Both the position numbers and the translations under genes were made by a program. The notes below the pieces were generated by a model that was not told the DNA's origin, searched no databases, and was given only the letters and a program-made list of their open reading frames with translations. Source: Myxococcota bacterium (GTDB taxonomy: Bacteria; Myxococcota_A; UBA9160; UBA6930). From it: a DNA stretch of 64,000 bases. This document shows, piece after piece, positions 16,625 through 27,880 of this stretch. Location: NCBI GenBank assembly GCA_965223705.1, contig OZ245015.1:2016001-2080000 (forward strand), in the 5' to 3' direction. Positions within the stretch are counted from its first letter, which is position 1. Every line of letters begins with the position of its first letter.

Positions 16625-18860
16625 CACCGTCGGACAGGCCGCGGATCGGTGACGGGGCGGTCTGCCTGAAGGCGCCGACACCGGCGCGGTCGAATTCCCG
16701 CGTGTTGCCGACACCGGCCCGGTCGATCTCCCGCGTGTTGCCGACACCGGCCCGGTCGATCTCCCGCGTGTTGCCGACACCGGCCCGGTCGATCTCCCGC
16801 ACGGCGCGAATGATGCGATCTTGATCGGCGGGTGAGACCGACGGTCCGATCGGCAATGAAAGCGTTTCCGCTCCCGCCCGCTCGGCGATGGGATAGCGGC
16901 CTTCGCGGTCGGGAAAGCGCTCGCGGTAGTAGGGCTGCTGGTGAATCGGGTGATAGTGGATCGACGCTCCGATCCCCTCACCTCGAAAGCGTTCGATGAC
17001 AGCGTCGCGATCGAGTCCGCGCACCCGCACGGTGAACAGATGATACGCGCTTCGGCCTTCGGGGGCGGTGAGCGGTGCGAAGTGTCGGCACGCGCGCAGC
17101 TCTCTTCGGTAGCGAAGCGCCTGGTGGTTCCGCAGGTCGGTAAACGCTTCGAGGCGGGCGAGCTGCGCTCGACCGAGCGCGGCCTGAAGGTCGGTCATGT
17201 TGTACTTGAAGCCGAGGCGCTGCATGCGACTGCGCAGGAGCTTGCGGCTGCCAAAACGCTTCCAGGCGTCGGTCGAGAGTCCGTGCAGCCTCAAGCTCCG
17301 TACGAGCTCTGCGCGCTCAGAGTCCCGTGTCGCGAACATGCCGCCTTCGCAGCTCGTGATGTTCTTGTTGGGATAGAAGCTGAAGCAGGCGTCATGCGCG
17401 CCGCCGCCGACGGCGACACCATCGACAAAGCGGGAGCCGATCGCGTGCGCCGCGTCCTCGATGATCGGTAGCCCGTGCGCGCTCGCCACCTCGGATAGCC
17501 CCGCTATGTCGCAGGGGGTGCCGCCGAAGTGCACCGGTAGGATCGCGCGCGTACGCGACGTCACCTGCGCGGCGACGGCGATCGGGTCGACGTTCAGTGA
17601 GTCTTCGGAAACGTCGGCGAACACCGGGGTCGCTCCCGTGTAAAGGACGGCGTTCGCCGTGGCGACGAAGCTCATCGGCGTGGTGATCACTTCGTCGCCG
17701 GGCCCGATGCCGTGGCTCAAAAGCGCCAGGTGGAGAGCGGCGGTGCACGACGACACGGCCACCGCGAGAGGAGCTCCTACCGCCTCGGCGAACTCCCGTT
17801 CGAAACGGGCGACTTCAGGGCCCGTTCCGATCCAGCGAGAGGCCAGGGTGGCGTCGACGGCGCTCCGTTCGGCCGCACCGATGTCGGGCACGCCGAAGGC
17901 GATGAAGTCGTTCGCCTTCCGAGCGGGCGCGGCCGCTCGAGCGTGCGTCTCGAGCCGGTCGCCGGCCGTCCAGCCCAGCCGGTGAGCGAGCGCGCCGCCG
18001 CGCAGTCGGAGCCCGTCGATCGACACCTCGTCGAGACGCAGCGCGTCTTTGCCACAACGGACGAGGAGCTGTGCCGCGCGTACGTCGAGTGCTCCCGGCG
18101 AAGCGTCGGGGTCTCCCTGCCAAAGCGCGAAACGCGCCTCGAGGATCGAGAAAGCCACCTGACGACAACACGAGGCGAGCCCGTCCCCGAGCGGCCCGGC
18201 GTGCGCCCGCGTCAGCCGCTCGAGCGTCGTGGCGGAAAGCTCGGGATCGAACCGTCGAGAGGGCTCCGCTCGTACACCGTCGGGAGCGTCGTTCACGGAT
18301 TCGAAAGCTCCGTTGCGCGCGTGCGTCACCGCGTCTGCGACGGCGTGGAGAAAGAGCTCGGAAACGTCGGTCCCCGGATGAAAGCGCCGCGTGAGCTCGC
18401 TTGCCCGGTCCTTCCAACAGAGCGGAATACGTGCCGCCGCGCGGCCCGAGGCGACCGCTTCTCTCGCGGCGCGAAACGCGGGGCCGGCGAGGCCGCCGAG
18501 GTACAAACGGTCGGCCTTTTGGAACGCGCGCGCGAGCGCCGCTCGGGCGGTGTCGTACCAATCGCTCTCCTCGCCCAGGTCGAGAAAGAAGCGACACGGC
18601 CCGGCGCCACGGAGGAGCGCGATGGACTCCGGGGACATCGGATCCTCCGGCGCGAACGTGCGCCAGGCGTTCGGCGCGGTCTCGCCCTCCGGGATGACGG
18701 CGAAGACGTGTTGCCAGCCGCGCTGGCGAAGGTCGTTCGCCACGATGTCTGCGACGCGAGACGAGGCGAGAAGGACGAGTTGTGAAATACCTGCGCTCCA
18801 ACTCCGAGACTCTTCCCTCATCGGCGCAGGGCTGCAGCTCTTGAGCAACTTTCCGGGCAC
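16605..18860 (-). CDS. DegT/DnrJ/EryC1/StrS aminotransferase with N-terminal degenerate formyltransferase-like domain
   Basis: SSCTAALHLAL, IIEDAAHAIG, FSFYPNKNIT, GFKYNMTD; N-terminal ~310 aa resemble ArnA/Fmt fold; start may be 18821. Confidence 0.8.
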   Translation of the reverse strand: MPGKLLKSCSPAPMREESRSWSAGISQLVLLASSRVADIVANDLRQRGWQHVFAVIPEGETAPNAWRTFAPEDPMSPESIALLRGAGPCRFFLDLGEESDWYDTARAALARAFQKADRLYLGGLAGPAFRAAREAVASGRAAARIPLCWKDRASELTRRFHPGTDVSELFLHAVADAVTHARNGAFESVNDAPDGVRAEPSRRFDPELSATTLERLTRAHAGPLGDGLASCCRQVAFSILEARFALWQGDPDASPGALDVRAAQLLVRCGKDALRLDEVSIDGLRLRGGALAHRLGWTAGDRLETHARAAAPARKANDFIAFGVPDIGAAERSAVDATLASRWIGTGPEVARFEREFAEAVGAPLAVAVSSCTAALHLALLSHGIGPGDEVITTPMSFVATANAVLYTGATPVFADVSEDSLNVDPIAVAAQVTSRTRAILPVHFGGTPCDIAGLSEVASAHGLPIIEDAAHAIGSRFVDGVAVGGGAHDACFSFYPNKNITSCEGGMFATRDSERAELVRSLRLHGLSTDAWKRFGSRKLLRSRMQRLGFKYNMTDLQAALGRAQLARLEAFTDLRNHQALRYRRELRACRHFAPLTAPEGRSAYHLFTVRVRGLDRDAVIERFRGEGIGASIHYHPIHQQPYYRERFPDREGRYPIAERAGAETLSLPIGPSVSPADQDRIIRAVREIDRAGVGNTREIDRAGVGNTREIDRAGVGNTREFDRAGVGAFRQTAPSPIRGLSDGVRRRGP
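16674..16800. repeat. 33-bp tandem repeat, about 3.8 copies
   Basis: GCCGACACCGGCCCGGTCGATCTCCCGCGTGTT at 16674 (variant), 16707, 16740, 16773 (partial); encodes REIDRAGVGNT repeats. Confidence 0.95.
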
Positions 18861-18931
18861 GGGCCCGTCTGCGCTGCGGGATGTCCGATCGCAGCCTCAA
18901 GCTCCTTGGATCGGCTCCCGATATCCGAGAG

Positions 18932-20185
18932 ATGCGAAAGCGCGTCCTGTACGTGGTGGAGACCCTGGCGGGGTGCGGCACCACGGATTGTGTCGGCGAT
19001 CTCGCGCGTCATCTCGATGCGCGGCGTTTCGCGCCGGCTGTGCTCGCGGTACGTACTCAGGCCGACGCCGAGTGGGCCGAGCGCGAGCAGGCGGGCTTGC
19101 GCGCGTTCGAAGCCGCGGGAATTCCCGCGTGGGTGCTCAACCTCAGCGCCGACCAGAGCTTCCGGCAAAAGACGCGGCCGCTGACGCGCTGGCTGCGCGA
19201 TCGCCGCCCGCACGTACTCCACGCCCACAGTCGCCCCGCGGATCTGTGGTGCGCGTGGTCGGGTCGCCGCGCGGGCGTTCCGGTCCGTCTCTACAGTCGC
19301 CAAGCCACGTACGGCGGACTCAGCCAAACGACGCGACTCCGCTATGCGTGGGCGGCGCGCAGTGGGTCCGGGGTGGTCGCCGTATCCGGCGCGGTGGGCC
19401 GCCACCTCCGGTCGCGAGAGTGGGCGCCGCCGGCGCGCGTGTTCTCCATCGCCGACGGCGTCGACTTTGACAAACTCGTCGTATCGGAACCGCGGGTCGA
19501 CGTTCGCGAGAAACTGGGACTCGACCCGGACACGCGCCTGGTCGGGTGCGTCGCCAGCTTGCAGCCGCGGAAAGGGCAGGCAATCCTGGTCGACGCGTGG
19601 CCGGAAGTGCGGCGTCGACAACCCGACGCGCGGTTGGTTCTCGTCGGAGCCGGCCCCGACGCTGCCAAGCTCGAGCAGCGAGCGCGTGCGACGGGCTGCG
19701 CGGACACGATTTGTTTCGCCGGATGGCGCGAGGACTACATCGACTTTCTCGATCAGTTCGATGTGGTCGCTCACCCGTCGCTTTGGGAAGGATTCAACTT
19801 GACGCTTCTGTCCGCGGCGGCCATGGGGCGGCCCATCGTCGCGACCCCGCTCGCGTCGAATCGCGAGATGTTGGGAGATGCGGGGTGCCGGTATCCCGAC
19901 CCGAGCGGCTTTCGCGATGAGTTCGATTCGCAGGACCCCGAGGCCTGGGCAACGGCGATTGTTTCGCTTCTTGAGGATTCCCGGGATGCGCGAAGACGAG
20001 GCCGAGAAGCGCAACGCCGCGTGCGTGCGCGCTTCAGCGCCGTCCTCGCCGCGCGCCGTCACGAAGCGCTCTACGAAGAGCTCCTGCGCCACGCGCGGGT
20101 ACACTGGACGGGCACTCCTCTGTACGGAGGCGCCCTGCGCTTTGCCGGAAGAAAACCCAGTGCCCGAGTCGGCGCGACCGGCTGA
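18932..20185 (+). CDS. Glycosyltransferase family 4
   Basis: HVLHAH, VASLQPRKGQ, HPSLWEGFNL, AMGRPIVAT. Confidence 0.85.
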   Translation: MRKRVLYVVETLAGCGTTDCVGDLARHLDARRFAPAVLAVRTQADAEWAEREQAGLRAFEAAGIPAWVLNLSADQSFRQKTRPLTRWLRDRRPHVLHAHSRPADLWCAWSGRRAGVPVRLYSRQATYGGLSQTTRLRYAWAARSGSGVVAVSGAVGRHLRSREWAPPARVFSIADGVDFDKLVVSEPRVDVREKLGLDPDTRLVGCVASLQPRKGQAILVDAWPEVRRRQPDARLVLVGAGPDAAKLEQRARATGCADTICFAGWREDYIDFLDQFDVVAHPSLWEGFNLTLLSAAAMGRPIVATPLASNREMLGDAGCRYPDPSGFRDEFDSQDPEAWATAIVSLLEDSRDARRRGREAQRRVRARFSAVLAARRHEALYEELLRHARVHWTGTPLYGGALRFAGRKPSARVGATG

Positions 20186-21212
20186 AGCGGATCGGCGAGC
20201 CGCAGGACGCGTCGCCCGAGAAGTCGCCACGCGATGCGAGCCGCTCCGCGACGTCGCAGGGCGCGTCGTCGTCGCCGTTTCGGGAGGCTGCGATTCGACG
20301 GTGCTCGCCCGGGCGCTGACCCATCACCGGCCTCCGTTCCCGAACTTGCGCCTGGCTCACGTTCACCACGGGTTGCGGGGCGCTCCAGCCGACGCGGATG
20401 CCGCCTTCGTGCGCGCTCTCGGCGAAAAGTGGAGTACCCCGGTCGAAGTCGTGAGGGTTGATCCCCTCAATCTTCGCGACGGCGGCTCTAGTCGCGCGCG
20501 ACCCACCGTCCAAGAAGCGGCACGCCAGCTGCGATACCGGAGCCTCTACGAAATCGCGGGCCGCGACGGCGTGGTTCTGACCGCGCACCACGCCGGCGAT
20601 CAGGCCGAAACGGTGCTGCTGCGCTTGTTTCGAGGGACCACGCCGGAAGGCCTTGCGGGGATCCCCAGGGTATCGCCGGATGGGCGAACCCACCGACCGC
20701 TCCTCGGTGTCTCAAGAGGGGACATCGAAGCCTACGCCCGTCACCACGGGGTCGAATTTCGGGAGGACTCGTCCAATCGCGATCCGAAGTACGCGCGCAA
20801 CGCGCTGCGCCACGAGTGGCTGCCCGGGCTCAGTGAGGCTTTCAACCCCCGACTCCTCAGGGCCCTGGGGCGCCTTGCCGATGCGCAACGTCAGGATGCG
20901 GACTGGATGGCGCGACAGGCTGCGGAGGTTTTCGCTCGGCGCGTCGTCGCGGACGGTGACGTCCGGACGATCGATCTGCGAGGCTGGTCGGCACTTCATC
21001 CGGCGGAAGCTCGCCGCGTGGTGGCCCTCTTGTTCGCCGACGTGGGGATGGGTCGCGATATTTCGCGTGTGCACATCGAGCGAGCGCTCGAATGCTTTTC
21101 CGGCGGACGCTCCGGCGCGGAATACGAGTTCCCCGGCGGCGTGCGCCTTCGGCGCGCCGCTGAGTGCGCATTGTGTTGGGTAATTCCGGTGTCGCGCGAG
21201 AGCGAGTGCTAG
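20160..21212 (+). CDS. tilS: tRNA(Ile)-lysidine synthetase
   Basis: AVSGGCDS, HVHHGLRG, ARQLRY, TAHHAGDQAET, RPLL, EDSSN; start approximate. Confidence 0.9.
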   Translation: MPESARPAEADRRAAGRVAREVATRCEPLRDVAGRVVVAVSGGCDSTVLARALTHHRPPFPNLRLAHVHHGLRGAPADADAAFVRALGEKWSTPVEVVRVDPLNLRDGGSSRARPTVQEAARQLRYRSLYEIAGRDGVVLTAHHAGDQAETVLLRLFRGTTPEGLAGIPRVSPDGRTHRPLLGVSRGDIEAYARHHGVEFREDSSNRDPKYARNALRHEWLPGLSEAFNPRLLRALGRLADAQRQDADWMARQAAEVFARRVVADGDVRTIDLRGWSALHPAEARRVVALLFADVGMGRDISRVHIERALECFSGGRSGAEYEFPGGVRLRRAAECALCWVIPVSRESEC

Positions 21213-21301
21213 GCTCGGTTCCTGGCGCGCGGCGACTGAACAGCGACCGTCACGTGGATAGCGAGACCGCTTTTCCCGACGGAGGAGGCCCGTAAGCGAC
21301 C

Positions 21302-23209
<1,908 letters not shown>

Positions 23210-23226
23210 GCGGGCGGGCGCAACGC

Positions 23227-24087
23227 ATGTCGCAGCATCCTGTCTTTCCCCGCGACGCGTTGAATTTGATGGGCGTGCTGAACCTGACGCCCGATTCGTT
23301 CTCGGACGGGGGGCAGCTTCTCGGTCCCGGCGAGACGCCGGATCGGGAGCGACTCCTGCGTCGGGCCGGAGCGCTGATCGACGCCGGCGCGACCGTCCTG
23401 GATCTCGGCGGCGAGTCGACGCGCCCGGGCGCTCACGAGATCGACACCGATCGCGAAGCGGCTCGGGTCGTCCCCGCTGTGGAAACCCTGGCGAAACGCT
23501 TCGACATTCCCCTGTCGATCGATACACGGCGGGCCCCGGTAGCGACCGCCGCACTCGATGCGGGCGCCTGCATCGTCAACGACGTGTCGGGGCTCAGGCA
23601 CGATCCCGCTCTGGCCGCGGTGGCTCGGCGAGCGCGCTGTCTGATCCTCGGGCACTTGCGCGGCGTCCCCGCGACGATGCAGCAAACCATCGCGTTTGAC
23701 GACGTCATCGGCGACGTCACGCGCGAGCTGCTCGAGTCGGCAGAACTCGCGAGCCGTGCCGGCATCTCCGAGGCGCAGTTGTGTTTCGATCCGGGAATCG
23801 GGTTCGGGAAGACCGAAGCGCACAACCTCGCGCTGCTCGCGAACTTGAACCAGATTCGCGCGCGGTTGCCCGAGGCTTCGGCGCTTCTCGTCGGGGTCTC
23901 TCGCAAGGGGTTCCTCGGAAAGCTCACCGGTGATCCGGCGCCGCAACGGGATCTCGCGAGTCACGTCGCCGCCGCTCTCGCTCTCTTTTCGGGAGCCGAC
24001 GCTGTGCGCGTCCACGACATCGCCGGCGCGCGCCGCGCATCACAGATCGCGTTGGCGCTCCGGGCTGCGAAGCGGGGGCCGTCGTGA
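23227..24087 (+). CDS. folP: Dihydropteroate synthase
   Basis: GVLNLTPDSFSDGG, GGESTRPG, DPGIGFGK, GVSRK, VRVHD. Confidence 0.95.
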   Translation: MSQHPVFPRDALNLMGVLNLTPDSFSDGGQLLGPGETPDRERLLRRAGALIDAGATVLDLGGESTRPGAHEIDTDREAARVVPAVETLAKRFDIPLSIDTRRAPVATAALDAGACIVNDVSGLRHDPALAAVARRARCLILGHLRGVPATMQQTIAFDDVIGDVTRELLESAELASRAGISEAQLCFDPGIGFGKTEAHNLALLANLNQIRARLPEASALLVGVSRKGFLGKLTGDPAPQRDLASHVAAALALFSGADAVRVHDIAGARRASQIALALRAAKRGPS

Positions 24088-24986
24088 ACGAGCTACTGAC
24101 CTGGGGACAAGAACTCTGGTCGGAGCTCACCGTTTTCTTCCAGACGAACTACGACCCCGTGTGGGACACGCTCGATATCGCGTTCGTCGTGGTCGCCGTC
24201 TACTGGGTGATCTCCCTTCTGCGCGGAACCCGGGCGGTGCAGGTGGCCGCGGGTTTCCTCGCACTCATCGCGTTGCGCCTCGTTGCAGAGCTCGGTCAAC
24301 TGACGACCACGCTGTGGATTCTCGACGCGTTCCTCGGCTACGGCGTGTTCATCATCATCGTGCTGTTCGCGCCGGAGATCCGCCGCGCGCTCGCCCGCGT
24401 GGGTCGCGGGGTCTTCCTCGGGAAGGCCGCTCAAGAGGAGCTCCAGCACCTGGAAGAAGTCGTGCGAGCCGCTTCCGATATGGGCGAGCGCCGCACCGGA
24501 GCGCTGATCGTGATCGAGCGGGAGACCCGGCTCGAAGACCTCGTCGAAGTCGGGGTGACACTCGACGCGGCGCTCACCCGAGAGCTCCTCACGTCGATTT
24601 TTCAGCCCTCTTCACCGCTCCACGACGGCGCTGTGATTCTCCAGGGTGGCCGCGTCGCCTACGCCGGCTGCATTCTGCCGCTGACCCTGCGCACCGATCT
24701 CGCGCAGGATCTCGGCACGCGCCACCGCGCTGCGATCGGCCTCACCGAAGAGACGGACGCCGTGGCCGTGGTGGTCTCCGAGGAGCGCGGCACGTTCTCG
24801 GTGGCGGCTGCGGGGCAAATCGTGCGCGGGCTCGACGCGCCCCGGTTGCGCGAGCAGCTGCGCGAGTCCCTCGCGCGCGAGGGTGGCGCGAGTGACGCCA
24901 CGGAAGAGCCGGCCGCGACGGAAATCGTGGACGATCGCGTGGCGGCGGCCGAAGCGCCCTCGGGTGGCGCTTCTTCGGGGCGCTGA
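24084..24986 (+). CDS. cdaA: Diadenylate cyclase CdaA
   Basis: Three N-terminal TMs, PEIRRAL, PLHDGAV, GTRHRAAIG, VVSEE. Confidence 0.92.
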   Translation: MNELLTWGQELWSELTVFFQTNYDPVWDTLDIAFVVVAVYWVISLLRGTRAVQVAAGFLALIALRLVAELGQLTTTLWILDAFLGYGVFIIIVLFAPEIRRALARVGRGVFLGKAAQEELQHLEEVVRAASDMGERRTGALIVIERETRLEDLVEVGVTLDAALTRELLTSIFQPSSPLHDGAVILQGGRVAYAGCILPLTLRTDLAQDLGTRHRAAIGLTEETDAVAVVVSEERGTFSVAAAGQIVRGLDAPRLREQLRESLAREGGASDATEEPAATEIVDDRVAAAEAPSGGASSGR

Positions 24987-25016
24987 CATGCTGTTGCTTC
25001 GTTCGAGGGCCCGCTG

Positions 25017-25721
25017 ATGTTCTTCATCCTGACGAACCTCCGTCTCAAGCTGCTCGCGTTGGTGGTGTCGGTCATGCTCTGGGGCGTTGCGAACACGTCC
25101 TCTTCGATCGAGCGCGGCTTCGATATCCCAGTCGTTCTGAAGGGAATTCCCGCCGACATGGTGGTGACGGGATTGTCGACGGACAACGTCAACGTTCGCG
25201 TGCTCGGGACGCGGGCGGAGCTCCGCAGCTTCAGCGGTGGCGACCGTGTCTACGAGATCGAGGTAGCGGGGGCCCAACCCGGGCTGACGACCCAAGAAGT
25301 CGACCTGACGGCGTTCGATTTGCCACGGGGCGCGCGGATCGTGAGCCGCTCACCCTCGAGAATCGATTTCAATCTGGCCCGTCGGGGGTCGCGAGCGGTG
25401 CGCGTGCGGGCGGATATCGTCGGAGAACCCGCCGAGGGCTACCAGCTCCGGGACGTTTCGATCGTACCGGCCGTGGTGCGGGTCGCCGGAGCGCGTTCGG
25501 AAGTGCTTCGGCTCCGCGAGGTCGTGACCGAAACGCTCGTGGTGGACGGAGCACGAGAGAGCTTTTCGCGCCCGGTGAGCTTGTCGCTCAACGAGCGGCA
25601 CGTGTGGCTTGAAAACCCCGTCGAGCTGCAGGTGTCGGTCACGATCGAGCCGATCCCGGTCGCCCTGCCAGAGCTTCCGATCGAGGGCGAGGCCGCGCCC
25701 GAGCCGGAGCAGGAGTCTTGA
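25017..25721 (+). CDS. cdaR: CdaR/YbbR-like regulator
   Basis: LKLLAL..SVMLW anchor, two YbbR-like repeats, between cdaA and glmM. Confidence 0.8.
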   Translation: MFFILTNLRLKLLALVVSVMLWGVANTSSSIERGFDIPVVLKGIPADMVVTGLSTDNVNVRVLGTRAELRSFSGGDRVYEIEVAGAQPGLTTQEVDLTAFDLPRGARIVSRSPSRIDFNLARRGSRAVRVRADIVGEPAEGYQLRDVSIVPAVVRVAGARSEVLRLREVVTETLVVDGARESFSRPVSLSLNERHVWLENPVELQVSVTIEPIPVALPELPIEGEAAPEPEQES

Positions 25722-25722
25722 A

Positions 25723-27093
25723 ATGACGAGAGGACCCGCGAGGTCGCTGTTCGGGACCGACGGGGTGCGCGGGACCGCGAACAAATACCCGATGACCGCA
25801 GAGACCGCTTTAGCGCTCGGTCAGGCGGTGGCACACGTGTTTCGGAGCGGAACCCGCGAACGCCGCATTCTGATCGGGAAGGACACCCGGCTCTCCGGCT
25901 ACATGTTTGAAGACGCTCTCGCGGCGGGCGTGTGCTCGATGGGTGGGAACGTGATTCAGGTCGGGCCGATGCCCACACCGGGGCTCGCTTTCCTCACGCG
26001 CGATATGCGTTGCGACGCCGGCATCATGATTTCGGCGAGCCACAATGCGTATCGCGACAACGGCATCAAGTTCTTCGCGCACGACGGCTTCAAGCTGCCC
26101 GACGAGATCGAGGCGCGCATGGAATCCCTGGTGTCGTCCGGCGAGTTGGATCAGCTTCGCGCGGATCCCGACGAGATCGGGAGTGCGCGCCGGATCGACG
26201 ACGCTGCGGGCCGCTACGTCGTGTTTCTCAAGAAGACCCTGCCCATCGACCTCACGCTGGAAGGGATCCGGATCGTCCTCGATTGTGCGAACGGTGCGGC
26301 CTACAAAGTCGGACCGACGGTTCTGCGGGAACTGGGCGCGGAGGTCTTCACCGTCGGCGTCGAGCCCGACGGACGCAACATCAACCACGATTGCGGCTCG
26401 CTCCATCCCGAGAAACTCATCGCGAAGGTCCGAGAGCTTCGGGCCGACGTCGGCGTGGCGCTCGATGGCGACGCCGACCGCGTGCTGATGGTCGACGAGA
26501 AGGGCGGGGTGATCGACGGCGACGCGCTGCTCGCGATGTCGGCCGCAGACCTCATGGCGCGTGGCGCGCTCCGCGGAGGCTCGGTGGTCGCCACCGTCAT
26601 GAGCAACCTTGGGCTCGAGCGCTTCCTGCAGAGCCTGGGGCTCGATCTCGTGCGCACGAAAGTCGGCGACCGCTACGTCGTCGAGGCGATGCGGGCCGGC
26701 AATTTCAACCTCGGCGGCGAACAGTCGGGTCACATCATCTTCCTCGATCACAACAGCACCGGCGACGGATTGCTGACCGCGCTCCAGGCGCTCGCGATCG
26801 TACGTCGGGCGGAGCGACCTCTCTCCGAGCTGGTCCAGGGCATCGAGCGGTTTCCCCAAACCCTCTTGAACGTCCGAGTGAAGCAGAAGCGACCGCTCGA
26901 GGAGCTCTCGTCCGTGACGGAACTCGTGCGCAAAGTCGAAAAAGAGCTCGAGTGTCGGGGCCGGGTGTTGATCCGCTACAGCGGCACGGAGCCCCTGGCG
27001 CGGGTGATGGTCGAAGGCGATGATGAGGACCGGGTGAACGACTACGCGGAATCCTTGGCCGGCGAGCTTCGGCGCGCACTGGGGGCGGGGTGA
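25723..27093 (+). CDS. glmM: Phosphoglucosamine mutase
   Basis: LFGTDGVRG, ISASHN, DGDADR, GGEQSGH, RYSGTEP. Confidence 0.96.
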   Translation: MTRGPARSLFGTDGVRGTANKYPMTAETALALGQAVAHVFRSGTRERRILIGKDTRLSGYMFEDALAAGVCSMGGNVIQVGPMPTPGLAFLTRDMRCDAGIMISASHNAYRDNGIKFFAHDGFKLPDEIEARMESLVSSGELDQLRADPDEIGSARRIDDAAGRYVVFLKKTLPIDLTLEGIRIVLDCANGAAYKVGPTVLRELGAEVFTVGVEPDGRNINHDCGSLHPEKLIAKVRELRADVGVALDGDADRVLMVDEKGGVIDGDALLAMSAADLMARGALRGGSVVATVMSNLGLERFLQSLGLDLVRTKVGDRYVVEAMRAGNFNLGGEQSGHIIFLDHNSTGDGLLTALQALAIVRRAERPLSELVQGIERFPQTLLNVRVKQKRPLEELSSVTELVRKVEKELECRGRVLIRYSGTEPLARVMVEGDDEDRVNDYAESLAGELRRALGAG

Positions 27094-27118
27094 TCCGTCC
27101 CGCGGCATTGGAGGTGGG

Positions 27119-27859
27119 GTGATCCGGTTCTCTGTTTCGGTCTCCCTCGACTCCGCGTTACCCCTTTTGGCCGGCGGCGCTGTCGACCTGCCGTCTGTGG
27201 CCACCCTCGCCAAGCTCGCGGGCGCCGCCGGTGTCCGCCTATCGGTGACCGAAGACCTCTTCCCGGTGAGCGAGAGCGATCTCCGCGACTTGCGTCGCAC
27301 GGGTTGTCCCATTGAGCTCTGCATCTCTCCGGTCCCGACGCTCGTCAAGGTGGCGCTCGAAGCGGCGCCGGAGCGCGTCATCCTGTGCGCTCCTCCGAGT
27401 CGGCCAGGGGAGCCCCCGAGACCTCTCGACTTCGATGCGTGGGGGCAGGCGCTGCCTCCCGCGATCCGAACGCTGCGCGAAAGCGGCACCCGGGTGACGG
27501 CCCTGTTGCGCCCGTCGCCCCAGGCGGTGAAGGCGGCCCACACCGTCGACTTGGGCTGCGTCGATCTGCATTCCGCTCCCGCGGTAGACGCGCAACGCGA
27601 CGCGGCGCTACTCGGAAGCGCTCGTGACAGCGGGAGGGGAGAGCTCGAACTCTTGAGTGACGCCTCACAGCTCGCGGCGAAACTCCGTATCGAGGTCAGT
27701 CTGTGCGGCGGACTCTCTTACGACAACATCGCTTCGCTCCCCGACTTGGTGCCGGCTGCGACGCACTACTGCGTTGGCCGAGCCTTCGTCGAGCGCGCGA
27801 TGCTGGTCGGGGTGGATCGCGCGGTTCGCGACCTCGCCCAACTGTCGTTGTCTTCCTGA
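27119..27859 (+). CDS. pdxJ: PdxJ-like protein lacking catalytic residues
   Basis: Colinear with PdxJ (AGAAGV, GLSYDNI, VGRAFVERAMLVG) and in the post-glmM position; active-site motifs replaced. Confidence 0.7.
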   Translation: MIRFSVSVSLDSALPLLAGGAVDLPSVATLAKLAGAAGVRLSVTEDLFPVSESDLRDLRRTGCPIELCISPVPTLVKVALEAAPERVILCAPPSRPGEPPRPLDFDAWGQALPPAIRTLRESGTRVTALLRPSPQAVKAAHTVDLGCVDLHSAPAVDAQRDAALLGSARDSGRGELELLSDASQLAAKLRIEVSLCGGLSYDNIASLPDLVPAATHYCVGRAFVERAMLVGVDRAVRDLAQLSLSS

Positions 27860-27880
27860 AGGCACGCGAAGAGAAGCGCG

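Noticed and set aside
16674..16800. CRISPR interpretation of the 33-, 36- and 30-bp repeats
   Set aside because: Units are directly adjacent with no unique spacers, and there are no cas genes
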